64,000 nucleotides of DNA. It comes from an uncultured virus (IMG/VR IMGVR_UViG_3300035698_035306). Taxonomy: Duplodnaviria > Heunggongvirae > Uroviricota > Caudoviricetes. A model generated the notes under the pieces. The model did no database searches and was not told the DNA's origin. It saw only the letters and a list, made by a program, of their open reading frames with translations. Shown piece after piece: positions 24,244 through 35,371 of the stretch. Positions within the stretch are counted from its first letter, which is position 1. Each line of letters starts with the position of its first letter. The stretch lies in the IMG/VR virus record IMGVR_UViG_3300035698_035306. One strand, 5' to 3'. The position numbers and the translations under genes are program-made.

Positions 24244-24882
24244 ATGAACATAAAATTAACAGACTTCGCAATGAAGCATTTTGAGCGTAAGTCTCATGGT
24301 ACAAAAATATTAAATGTAACATCTGAAGATTTTGAAAAAAGAATACAGAGCCTTTTAGCTGATGTAGACTTATCAGCATCATCAAAGAATATTCCTCATG
24401 CAGGTGGAGTTTATGTCCATGACGGATATGCCCCATTTTGTAAGCTTGTAGCAGTACCTAACTTCACAGATGCAAGAGTTGGTTCAGTACCTATTACTGA
24501 GTCTAACTACCAATATCTAAGGTCAGGTTACTCATCAAGAAAGAGAGATGAATTAAAAGTGTTAACGAGGTGGTTAGAACTGCCTTTAGGTAAGCCTAAA
24601 GCTGACTGGTTAATGATTGTACTGTATGATAAGAATCAGATTGACACAGAAGCTCGAAAAGATTATTCTGTAGACCAAGACCCACATAAAAAAATGTATT
24701 ACTTCGATGCTGATTGGGGTATTATCACAATCTTAGGTCAAAGTCATAGTAATGAAGAACCAATGACACCAATGACAGCAATTAGAAATGCTTATATGCA
24801 TGGCGGTTCAGGTGCACCAATAGATGAGTCTTATTATAAACGTTCTGTTGACTTCTGGCAAACCAATGCTATAGTCAAATAA
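24244..24882 (+). CDS. DUF3228 family protein
   Basis: DGYAPFCK, LRSGY..R..EL.VL.RW, DWGI, PM.P.T..RNA, GGSG, Y..SV.FW. Confidence 0.8.
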   Translation: MNIKLTDFAMKHFERKSHGTKILNVTSEDFEKRIQSLLADVDLSASSKNIPHAGGVYVHDGYAPFCKLVAVPNFTDARVGSVPITESNYQYLRSGYSSRKRDELKVLTRWLELPLGKPKADWLMIVLYDKNQIDTEARKDYSVDQDPHKKMYYFDADWGIITILGQSHSNEEPMTPMTAIRNAYMHGGSGAPIDESYYKRSVDFWQTNAIVK

Positions 24883-25170
24883 AATGAAACAAGTGAAGCT
24901 TTTATGGTAAAAGGACTATATGAATAATATTGATAAAGGTTTAATTAAAATGTTCTGGCGAGGTTGGGATGATTCAGGAGAAGATAATCCTAGATTCGAA
25001 CACTTTACTGGCAAGGAACTCAAAGCATACCAAATTGGATGGTATGACTATTTGGCTGGAGATGATGTATCTTCTGTCGATGAAAAAACTGATGAAGAAG
25101 TGTTAGCTCAAATACACAAAAAAGCCTCAGGCTTAATTTGAAATATTAACAACTTTATGAAAACAATGAT

Positions 25171-25197
25171 AAAACGGGCTTTACGGCCCGTTTTTTT
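25171..25197 (+). terminator. intrinsic terminator
   Basis: AAAACGGGCT-TTAC-GGCCCGTTTT plus T-run, directly before a promoter. Confidence 0.9.
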
Positions 25198-25207
25198 ATG
25201 ATATAAC

Positions 25208-25238
25208 TTTGGGCCCTGAATTATTATTGTTACTTTAG
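25208..25238 (+). promoter_or_regulatory. Bacteroidota-type promoter (CTGA class)
   Basis: TTTG-N19-TACTTTAG. Confidence 0.85.
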
Positions 25239-25907
25239 ACTTATAATAATTAAATAAAGAAAAATGATAACAAGACCAAAGGAAATTTTCGCATATCTAA
25301 GAGAGTTAAAAACAATTAAGAAAATCAGAGCAGGTAAAACAGAATTTTCATATAGAGATTTCATTCGTTTTATTGGAATTTGTCAAAGACAAAAAGCCAA
25401 AGGTAAACAAAGTAAAGAATATCGTGCATTTATGTGCAAGATTGCAAAAGAATTTAGCCCTAAATTCACATTTACACCTACAGATTATTCAAAACCTAAA
25501 GCTTCTTATGATAAATTCGTTGCAGAAGGTGGTATCACAGACTTAAATGATGTGAAAAAAGGAGATTGGATTACTTGTATCAGAAATTGGGATTGCCCAA
25601 TCAAAGGTGATACTTACGCATCTTACTACTCAAACGGTAACTCTGCAGGAAATATTGACGAAGCTTACGAAATTGATAAAATGTGGCCGACAATTGACAC
25701 AGCAGGAGTTGTTGGTAACGGTTCAGGACTTATTCTTGGTCAATTCAGATTATCAACCCAAGAAGAAATTGATGCTAAAGATGGTATCGTTTACAAAAGA
25801 GAATTAAAGAAAATCAATGACTATGCTCACACTAAGATTAAGCAAATCATTGAGTTAAACGACGAAAGAAGAGCTTTAAAAGAAAAATACGGAAAATAAT
25901 CTCAAAT

Positions 25908-25953
25908 TAACTCAGAAACTACTTTGGCTTCTGAGTTCTTTTTCTTACTTTAG
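25908..25953 (+). promoter_or_regulatory. hairpin-embedded promoter, probably leaderless
   Basis: AACTCAGAA/TTCTGAGTT stem with TTTG (25923) in the loop; TACTTTAG 25946-25953; ATG 25958; 30 nt identical to 55345-55374. Confidence 0.85.
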
Positions 25954-27953
25954 ACCTATGAAAAACACAAAATTTACATTCTATTTTACAAGCTTGGAAT
26001 ACGGTGACTTTAATAAAACCGTCTTTCAAACAGTATTAAAGGGTCAACCCTTTGAGGATAAGATGGATGCAAGAGAATGGTTTGAAGACCATACTGATAT
26101 CATATTCACAAAATTTGACTTAGCTACAGTGTTTGAACATACTGTAATTGACTTTCATGAAACTACTGATGACGTTAGTGATATTGAAATTCTTTCTGTG
26201 CATAAAGGTCGCTTAGATTTTGAACAAGTTGTTGTAAAGAATAATGTAGAAGCTGAAGTAAGTAGCCAATTACATGCAACATTAAATGCAGCTACTATAT
26301 TACGTGACAGTATATCAGATTTAGACGGTAAGTTAGGTTCAGATTCAGTTAAAAACGTTCAGACTGCAATTGAAGGTATTAACAAACAAGTTGCAACATT
26401 CTTAAAAGATTTTGAAGTAGCAGCAGAAAAAAAGAAGAAACCTAAGAAAGAATACCCTTCTGTTTGGATAGACCCAGCTGGAACATCATATAGAGTAGGC
26501 TTTGCAATGCACAATGAATGGGCTGCAAGATGGCTCAGAGAAAATGCACCTGAATACAAACATGATGGTTATGGTTACTGGTACGAAGAATTGGAAAGCC
26601 GAGGTTGGGCTAGAATATTAGGTTGGACAGACCCTCCATCTTTCTCACTACCAGAACGATTAGGACCAAAAATAACACGAGCTATTAAAGATTACTGCCA
26701 AGGACAAGGAGTTAAATATCCTGACAGAATAAACACATATTAAAATGAAAAACTTTAAAAATAAATCAACAGGAAAAGTGTATGTCCATAAAGGTACATT
26801 TGAACAAGATGGTAAAACATTCTTGAGAACAGGTGACTATTCAGGTATTGAAAGTAAGTACACAGAAGAAACAGAAGAGCAACCATGGCAAGAATGGTAT
26901 GGTAGACTTACTGGTTATGATAACGCAGTTAAGATAACTGAACATATCTGTAAACTAGGTGGATATGGAAACATCACAGTAGGTGGATTTTATATCGAAG
27001 GTGATAAAGAAATGATTAAATCAACAATGATGTTCACAGAAACTTTAGATTGTAGATATGAATGGTCAGGAGACCACCCGACAAAAACTGTTGACAATAT
27101 TGTATCAAATTTAAAAGAACAAGGAGTAATATAATGGGCAAACAAGCAACTGATAGACAAAAGAAAATCTCTGAATTAAGAGAAAAGATGTTAAAGAAAC
27201 AACAGATTAGTGAAGGCATCCCTACTGAATTATGGATTGTAGATTGTAATTACGATAACAATAAAGTGACTATCAACTCAGTCAGTGTTAAAGAAGCTAA
27301 GAAAGGCCCAATGAGAATGACGCCTTTCACTGAAAGTACAAGATATTGCTTAGACAAATCACCATTTGAAGTTGATATTTATGATGGTGAGATGAGTAGT
27401 AAAGATGAAGGTCACGGCAGTGGCTTCGGTGACTTACATGCTTGGACACATTATGCATTCTTAAATAAAGTTGATGCTGAAGAGCAGTTCGTAAACAGTT
27501 CACATGAATTAGTTGAAAGACGTATTAATAAGCTTGGAGTTCTTGATTACTTTGCTTCTGCTTTATATAATGAAGCTGAAAAGAAAGCTGGATTTGAATG
27601 TGGTGTCAAATGGGATATTCTAGCTGATGAAAAGAAACAAGGCTGTAGAAGCATCGTTACAAGTGCATTTAATGAATGGAAAGAAGATGAAGTTATTGCA
27701 GCAAAACTAAGAGAGAATATTGAAATTGAATGTACACTTAATAACATAAAATAATGTTTAAATTATACGGTAACCACGAATTAAAATCAGGAAAATGTCT
27801 TGCATGTGGTAAAAAGAAAGATGATATTGTAATTGAAGATGGTAGATGTCTTGACTGTATTGAAGATGACATTGTAGCTGCACAAGAAGAGCATGATAAT
27901 TTCAAAAGAATTGGCACACAAAGAAGCCCATTCGGATTTTAATCGCAATAAAC

Positions 27954-27984
27954 TTTGGGTTCTGAGGAATTATTGGTACTTTAG
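27954..27984 (+). promoter_or_regulatory. Bacteroidota-type promoter (CTGA class)
   Basis: TTTG-N19-TACTTTAG. Confidence 0.85.
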
Positions 27985-30189
27985 ACCTATATTAAAAATA
28001 AGAATATGAAAATGGATATCACAATTTGGGTAGTTAAAAAAGATTTAGCAAAATTTTGCTTAATGGCCAATTATGCTGCAGAAGCTGCTGTTGATTTCGG
28101 AAACAGCTGTACAATAACTGGAAACCAAAAAATCCAAATGTCAAAAGCAAACGAAGTTACTTATTATGAAACATTAGACGAGCAAATAAAAGCTCCTCAT
28201 GTATTTGATTCAATGGATAACATTAAAGTACGAGAACTAAATACAGTTCAGATAACATTATCACTTTATGATTATTTAAGTTTAGAAACAGTTAAAACAA
28301 CATCAAAAAACTAATGACAAAATTATACGAAATATTAGTTCCTGCATCAGGTAACCAAGAGAAATTCTCTTACGAACATCACAAAATATGGGATGCTTTT
28401 GTTATGGAGATTTCAAAGGGTATTACTGTAATGAAAACAGGTAAAGGCGAATGGATAAGCCCAGAAGGAGACTTATACAAAGATAGAGTAATTCCTTGTA
28501 GAGTTGCTTGCACCACTGAAGAAATTCACAAAATCATAGACTTCACAATCACTCATTATAACCAAGAAGCTGTAATGGCTTACTGTATCAGTGAAGAAGT
28601 AATAATAAAACATAAATAATGAAAGACTTTCAACTAATTATAAAATTCATGGGTGGTCAACTTGTAAAACACCCACTTGCACCTAAAAGTAGCCAATCAA
28701 CATACATGGATTGGAGCTTTAAAGACGGTGTTTACCCAACCGTAGCTACTTGGGCTGCAGAGAGTAGAATGAAATTCAATAAAGATTGGAACTTATTAAT
28801 GCCAGTTGTAAAGAAAATCATAAACGAAGTTGAACCGTTTTCTGAAGAAGGAGCTTTCGTTATAACAATGAGAAAGAAATTAATGGACGTAGACATAGAA
28901 GAAGTATATGCTTACGCTCTTCATATAATAACAATGATAAACGATGCCAAAATTAAGAAGAATTAGTGATGGAGCTGGTCATAACGGCTCACTTGCGCAA
29001 GCAATAAAATGGAAAGAAAATAAACGATTTGATAAGGTCGTTGATAGTAAACCAACTGTAGGATGCTCATTCTTAGTAGGTTCTGCCACTGCAAGCTCAT
29101 ATGGAGGTGGTGATGATTATTGGTTAACTACAGTAGTAACTGAAATAATTGAAGAACGTTGGAATGATGATGGTAAATTAGAGTATTGTAAATTTAAAAC
29201 AGGCAACTCAGTATATGAATGTACAGCATAATGAAAAAAGAAATTGAAGTAAAAGGTAAGAAGTTTTTATATGAAGTAAGAAGTCATGATTGTGGCGACT
29301 ACGGCGTGAATACTTGTTATGATACAGACTTCTTTGAGTACAAATATACAATTAAATACTCAAAGAAATATTGGCTTTTTGGCCCTGAAGTTCAAACATG
29401 TGTTCATCAAAAACTCTTTACAATTCCATTCAATATTGAGTGTGAAAAGTATTTAAAGAAAGATGTTCGTGCAAAGATTGAAAAACAAGTTGAATTACTT
29501 GATAGAAAACTTGAAATTGAAAAAGGTGAAATAATATGAATGTAGCATTCCATACATACTGCGGAGAAGCAGGAGACTTACAGTTATTATTAATCGGTAG
29601 AACTGAATGTGGCGTAAGTGAAAGTGAATTATATACAAGAGTAGGCCCATTTCATCTTTGGAATATGCGCAGAGCAAAGAAGAAGATATTAAAGAGAATA
29701 GAATTATTAACAGGAAGTAAAGCACAAGAAATATGTCAAACGCATTAATTTATATCGTAGAAACAACAACTAATGACCCTTGGGAAATGTGTGGTGGAAC
29801 TTATCTTGTTCGAAGTGCTAACAAAGAACAAGCAGGTAAAGATGTTATTAGTTATCTTAATGACCAGAATAAGAACGTACAGAAAGAAGTAGTTTCTAGT
29901 GTGAAGCGTTACTATAAGTCTGAACAAAAATATGATGTTGAACTTCTACAAGAACCTATAGTACAATGAAAAAACATAAAAAATTATGGATTATAATAGG
30001 ACTAATAGTCATTTGGAATATCTTATTGCAGATTGAACTTGTCATGGTTATAAAGAACCAAAAGGATATTATACATGAACAAAGGACTCAATATCAAACT
30101 GACAGTCTTCAAAATGTAAATCTACAGATTTTGTATGACATTTATACTCAACAAGATACAATAAAATCTCAAAATAACACAACAAATAC

Positions 30190-30220
30190 TTTGGTAAGTC
30201 AATAATTATTGATAGATTTA
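30190..30220 (+). promoter_or_regulatory. Bacteroidota-type promoter (GTCA class)
   Basis: TTTG-N19-TAGATTTA. Confidence 0.7.
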
Positions 30221-30266
30221 ACCTTAATTAATAACAAAAATAATATAAACAAGTAAAAAAAGAAAA

Positions 30267-30917
30267 ATGAAGAAAACATTAATCACATTAGGAGTTTTAA
30301 TAGTCGTACTGATAGCAGTTAGCTTTTTCTGGGACATGTCAGTAGACAATAAAGAAATAGATTTAAGAAAACAACACTACGCCCAAGTAGATGTATGTAA
30401 AACATCACATGATGCGATGTGGAAAGTAATTGCACAAGATGCAGAGATTACTGACAAGTACAAACAAGATTTTGAAGAAATATTCCCGAAGATTGCAAAC
30501 AACATGATGAGTGATGAAGCAATGTTCCAATGGATGGCAGGTTTCAATCCAGAATACAGCCCAGACCTTTATAAGGAATTAATGAAAACAATTAAAACTG
30601 AACGTTCTAAATTTAAACGTGCACAAGATATCGCAATTGATATATCACGTGAATACAAGGCCTATATACAAAAGAAGCCAGCAACTTGGATGATTAATAA
30701 TGACATCTTAGAAGCATTAGAATATAAAAAATACAGTTTAGAAGAAGTAGAACAACTATCCCTTGCTGATAATACATATGAAGCATATCTAGTATTATCT
30801 TACAAGCCTGTACTTTCGACCAAAACAAATGATGTCTTTAAGACTGGACTTGATGACGATGTCAAGTTATTCGGTAATAAAGAAGTTGACACATCAAAAC
30901 AAGACAGTTTAAGATAA
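30267..30917 (+). CDS. LemA-like membrane-anchored helical protein
   Basis: N-terminal TM, N.E..L, NP.....Y..LM..I...R..F..AQ pattern. Confidence 0.55.
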   Translation: MKKTLITLGVLIVVLIAVSFFWDMSVDNKEIDLRKQHYAQVDVCKTSHDAMWKVIAQDAEITDKYKQDFEEIFPKIANNMMSDEAMFQWMAGFNPEYSPDLYKELMKTIKTERSKFKRAQDIAIDISREYKAYIQKKPATWMINNDILEALEYKKYSLEEVEQLSLADNTYEAYLVLSYKPVLSTKTNDVFKTGLDDDVKLFGNKEVDTSKQDSLR

Positions 30918-30939
30918 TAATTAAAAAGGAGATAAAAGA

Positions 30940-32199
30940 ATGATAGTCTACGGCTCAATACTAATCGCAGTAATTTTTTCAATCATATTATGGTTCAAAT
31001 TCAAACAACAAGTAGTATGGTGGGAACCACTTATTATAATTGGTGTAGCTGTTGGACTATCATTCGGCTCTAAAGCTTTAATCGAACACAGTCAAGTAAC
31101 TTTCACAGAACTTTGGGGTTCCGAAGTAGTAAGCGTTTACGAATCAGAACCTTGGAATGAATGGGTTACTCAAACATGTTCAAGAGAATATGCATGTGGA
31201 AGTGATTCAGACGGTAATACAACATACTGTACTGAATACTACGACTGTTCATATCAAGATGACCATGGCCCACGATGGTATTGTGTAACAACATCAGGTG
31301 AAGATTTATCAATCACTGAAGCTCAATACGATAAATGGATGGCTCAATTCGGTGCAGCTAAGACAATTACAAAAACAAGAAGTAATCATGCAAGTCGAGA
31401 TAGATGTTCTTATAGTTCAGGTTCTAAATTTGCTGGTAAGAAAGTAGGAAGTAAATCATACATATATCGTACTGACTGGAATGGTGATTACACTACAAGC
31501 GTTCCTGTAACTACTGAACACACATACGAAAATAGAATTAAAGCATCTGACTACTCAGTATTTAACTACATTGAATTATCTGAAGAAGAAGTTGCATCTA
31601 ACAACTTATATGAATATCCTGAACTAAACAGTAACTTCTATCCAAAGAGTATTTTAGGTTCAGATAATAATTACTATCAGAAACTTATTCATAAAGTAAA
31701 TGGTCATACAGGACCTGATGCACAATGTAGAGTTTGGATATTATTACATGATACTGATGATTCAGAAGTTGGTTACTTACAAGAGAATTATTGGGTTGGT
31801 GGAAATAAGAATGAATTAGTCATTAACATTGGAGTAGACAGTATGAGCCAAGTTAACTGGTGTCACGTATTCTCATGGTCAAACTCAGCAGGTCTTAAAG
31901 ATGAAATAGTCAAATATGTTGAATCGCTTGACCAAATGAACGACACAGTTTGGGCAGACTTTAGCATATTCCTAAAAGACAACATTGATAAAGATTGGGA
32001 ACGATTAGAGTTCACTCAATTTAGTTATCTTTCAGTAGACCCACCTTTATGGTCAATCATACTCGTATATGTATTAACATTGCTTGTAAGTGGTGCAATT
32101 AGTATATGGGTTGTTCGTAATGAATTTGAACATAGAGGTGAAAGTAAATCAAGTCACAGTTACAATAGAAATAATAGAAACAGATTCAGAAGATATTAA
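30940..32199 (+). CDS. membrane protein with Cys-rich extracytoplasmic region and TPM-like domain
   Basis: 2 N-terminal TMs, 1 C-terminal TM, YWVGGNKNELVINIG; follows the LemA-like gene. Confidence 0.5.
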   Translation: MIVYGSILIAVIFSIILWFKFKQQVVWWEPLIIIGVAVGLSFGSKALIEHSQVTFTELWGSEVVSVYESEPWNEWVTQTCSREYACGSDSDGNTTYCTEYYDCSYQDDHGPRWYCVTTSGEDLSITEAQYDKWMAQFGAAKTITKTRSNHASRDRCSYSSGSKFAGKKVGSKSYIYRTDWNGDYTTSVPVTTEHTYENRIKASDYSVFNYIELSEEEVASNNLYEYPELNSNFYPKSILGSDNNYYQKLIHKVNGHTGPDAQCRVWILLHDTDDSEVGYLQENYWVGGNKNELVINIGVDSMSQVNWCHVFSWSNSAGLKDEIVKYVESLDQMNDTVWADFSIFLKDNIDKDWERLEFTQFSYLSVDPPLWSIILVYVLTLLVSGAISIWVVRNEFEHRGESKSSHSYNRNNRNRFRRY

Positions 32200-32899
32200 G
32201 ATGGACAACATAAGATTTTTACCATATGACCCTGAGACAGCCGATAAGATTACCAAAGCAGGTAGATATTATCTTAAAGAAGGTATGAAAGCAATAGAGG
32301 AATTAGGTTGTCCCATTTGTGATTATGTTGATAAGATTACCAGACCTACTCTAAAAGCTAAATTAAAATCACGTAAAGTAACTTATAAAATAATCAGAGA
32401 ATGATATTTCCAATATTTATACAAATGAGAAGTTGGGACGATGACTGTGATAGAGATAAACACGGTTATGATTGCGAGTGTTCTAAGTGCAAAGAAAAAA
32501 AGAAGTATGATTCAATGCCTCGTAATTATTACGACCAGTGGTATGCAATACCAAAGAGTTGGAAATACAAAAGAATTTTCAGACAGTCTGTAAAACTTTC
32601 TCTTATGTTAATTGGAGTTGCATTTGCAATCTCTTATATTGTAGACAGAACTTGGTTATTTCCAGACGTATTCGGATGGCCAATGTTAGTTCATATCATA
32701 GGTGGAATGTTAATGGTTGTTGTACCTATAGTTGCATTAGATAAATGGACTTCAGCCACTTACACGTGGAGATGTCCTGATTCAATAACTCTTAAAGTCT
32801 ATACTGGATATGGTAAGAATAAGACTTTAGAAGAAGTTAAAAAAGAAAAGAACGTACCAGAAGATTATATATTAACAGACTTTAAAAATAGTTGGGAAT

Positions 32900-34000
32900 A
32901 TGCATAAAACAATATTATTAGCAATCACAGGAGGCATCGCAGCATACAAAGCTGCAGATGTTATTTCTGGATTAAGAGCAAAAGGACATACAGTACATGT
33001 AATTACTACTGACAGTGCGCTTAAGTTTATTACACCTACAGTAATTGGTGCAATATCAGGAGGTCAATACATCACAGATGAAGACCCAAATCATATCATG
33101 CACATTAAGTTAGCACAAGAATGTGATTTATTTATGTGTCTACCTTGCACAGCCAATACAATGGCTAAATTTGCAAATGGTATGGCAGATAACTTCGTAA
33201 CTTCAACGTTCCTAGCACTGCCGAAAGATACGCCTAAAATTATTTGTCCTGCAATGAATACAAAGATGTGGACTAATTTAATAACTCAACAGAATTATTG
33301 GAAACTTAAATCATTTGAAAATCTTACAATGATAGACCCAGTTAAAGGTTTATTAGCTTGTGGAGATACAGGAATGGGGAAACTTCCTAAGCCTAGAGCA
33401 ATTGTTAATGAAGTTCATGGCATCTTAGATGACAGTCCTGCATGGGAATGGCCATTAGTATTAAGACCAGTAGGAACTACTAATGATAGCTATAGTTTTC
33501 TTCATATTGACTTAAACAGAGATGTTGAATTACCAATCTATCCTCATGTTGGAGCTTTTGGTGTTAAACGTAGACATGACAAACATAGAGGTGTAGACTT
33601 ATATGCTCCTGAAGGAACATTAGTCACTCCTGTCGAAGACGGTGTCGTAGTAATAGTAAGACCTTGGACAGGTAAAGACGCCAATTGTCCTTGGTGGGAA
33701 GATACTGAAGCAATTGGAATATTAGGTGAAAGTGGTTTAGTTTATTATGGAGAACTACGAGTTAATAATAATCTTAAACCAGGTATGAAAGTAGTCAAAG
33801 GAACTACGTGGTTAGGTAGAGTTATAAAAGTTCTTAAGAAAGATAAAGGTCGTCCAATGAGCATGTTACACCTTGAATTAAGAGAACCAGGATTTCTTAA
33901 GAATATTGATAAAGATTGGGAATTTAATCTGCCAAAAGGTTTACTTGACCCAACTCCCTATCTTAAGAGATGCATCGAAAAGTTGCCAAAAGCTTCATAA
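32900..34000 (+). CDS. coaC: phosphopantothenoylcysteine decarboxylase (CoaC, HFCD flavoprotein) fused to C-terminal M23 peptidase domain
   Basis: ITGGIAAYKA, HIKLA, PCTANTMAK, PAMNTKMW, LACGDTGMGKL; then HRGVDLYAPEGT, YGEL, MLHLEL, DPTPYL. Confidence 0.88.
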   Translation: MHKTILLAITGGIAAYKAADVISGLRAKGHTVHVITTDSALKFITPTVIGAISGGQYITDEDPNHIMHIKLAQECDLFMCLPCTANTMAKFANGMADNFVTSTFLALPKDTPKIICPAMNTKMWTNLITQQNYWKLKSFENLTMIDPVKGLLACGDTGMGKLPKPRAIVNEVHGILDDSPAWEWPLVLRPVGTTNDSYSFLHIDLNRDVELPIYPHVGAFGVKRRHDKHRGVDLYAPEGTLVTPVEDGVVVIVRPWTGKDANCPWWEDTEAIGILGESGLVYYGELRVNNNLKPGMKVVKGTTWLGRVIKVLKKDKGRPMSMLHLELREPGFLKNIDKDWEFNLPKGLLDPTPYLKRCIEKLPKAS

Positions 34001-34024
34001 TTGCGAAAAGTTTATGTACTTTTA
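33994..34024 (+). promoter_or_regulatory. Bacteroidota-type promoter (TGCG class, degenerate -33)
   Basis: TTCA-N19-TACTTTTA then acttgtaattaa. Confidence 0.65.
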
Positions 34025-34053
34025 ACTTGTAATTAACTTAAAGAAATAAAAAG

Positions 34054-34500
34054 ATGAATTTAGAATTTGAATTATTAAGATTTAAAATGTGGCTAGTTTA
34101 TGCTACAAACAGATTATACAAGAATATATCTTGGACTTATCAGTATAAAAGTATTTATGACTTGGTAAAAAAAGACAGTGAAGGTTTAGTAAATGAAGTT
34201 AGGTCGAAATTTACGTGGACTGCACTTCCAATTTTATTATTCGTGTTTTTAATCCTGGATTTATTACAGACTGCAGTAGTAGGTTTCGTAGTAGGTGTCG
34301 GTTGGGTTGCAATAAACTATTGGTGTCATGGTGATTTTGGAATTGAATCAACTACAGAAGTTGCAATTACCTTTTGGTATGCATGGCTGATAATGGGTAC
34401 TGTATTCTCAATCGTTATATTATTCTGGCAATTCGTATTCAATATAATTATAGAGATAGGCCGATTCATTAAATTTGCGTATTTGAAAATCAAAAGATAA
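34054..34500 (+). CDS. hypothetical membrane protein
   Basis: two to three hydrophobic segments. Confidence 0.7.
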   Translation: MNLEFELLRFKMWLVYATNRLYKNISWTYQYKSIYDLVKKDSEGLVNEVRSKFTWTALPILLFVFLILDLLQTAVVGFVVGVGWVAINYWCHGDFGIESTTEVAITFWYAWLIMGTVFSIVILFWQFVFNIIIEIGRFIKFAYLKIKR

Positions 34501-34687
34501 AAATGTACACTCCTGAAAAACTACACGAACACTTAACTGGATTGTTAATCAACGTTACAGTAGAAAGTGTTAGAATAAGATTTGCAAGAGAACTAAAATT
34601 CGCAAGAAAACAAAAGAAACAAATCCAATATGGTGATGATTTATACAAATACGTATACAGCAGAACTGTTAAACATATACTAGATTT

Positions 34688-35371
34688 ATGAAAATTTTAA
34701 TCACATCAGGTGGGACCAAAGAATATATTGATGATGTAAGAGTATTAACAAATATCTCATCAGGAGCTCTTGGTGCTAAAATAGCTGAAAGCTTTACATG
34801 GGACAATCACGAAGTACATTACGTCTATACAAAAGGCTCAGTATTACCACGCAACGATTTTAAAGATAAGACAAGGCTATTCTTCCATGTAGTTAAAGAT
34901 GTTGTATCACTTGTCCACAAGACTGCAGAGCTTATTCCAGAAATGGATGTTATAATTCATGCAATGGCAGTAAGTGATTTTGGATTTTCTCCTTGTAAAG
35001 AGAAGCTTAAGTCTAACAGTACTGAAGACTTTATTAATTCACTAAGAGACAGAATTACAGTTAACCCTAAGGTATTATCACATATGCGTGATTGGAACCC
35101 TAAAGCAGTCCTTATCAGCTTTAAGTTTGAAGTAGGTAAGACTAATGAAGACTTACTTGATATTGCTCGTAAATCTCTAATAGCTAATCGATGTGATATT
35201 GTAGTTGCAAATGATAAGACTGAGATGGTTAAAGAAGGTAAGCATATCGCATATATTCAAGATGTTTACAAGAACGTTATTAAATGTGATAGTAAAGAAA
35301 ACATTGCAAGACAACTTGTAAGAATCGTAAATGAAACAAAAGGAAATAGAACCATAGAAATATCAAGATGA
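34688..35371 (+). CDS. coaB: phosphopantothenate-cysteine ligase (stand-alone CoaB)
   Basis: ITSGGTKEYIDDVRVLTNISSG, HAMAVSDF, NPKVL, SFKFE, VVAND. Confidence 0.92.
   Translation: MKILITSGGTKEYIDDVRVLTNISSGALGAKIAESFTWDNHEVHYVYTKGSVLPRNDFKDKTRLFFHVVKDVVSLVHKTAELIPEMDVIIHAMAVSDFGFSPCKEKLKSNSTEDFINSLRDRITVNPKVLSHMRDWNPKAVLISFKFEVGKTNEDLLDIARKSLIANRCDIVVANDKTEMVKEGKHIAYIQDVYKNVIKCDSKENIARQLVRIVNETKGNRTIEISR

Larger units (their letters stand above)
25264..30205 (+). other. run of hypothetical ORFs; 28314-28619 may have a PII/DUF3574-like fold
   Basis: ORF track; GITV...GEW...E/D...Y.QEAV pattern in 28314. Confidence 0.6.

Noticed and set aside
32900..33430. LanD/EpiD-type RiPP decarboxylase
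   Set aside because: The LACGD.G.G substrate clamp and a nearby CoaB indicate CoaC; no precursor peptide or lanthipeptide enzymes seen
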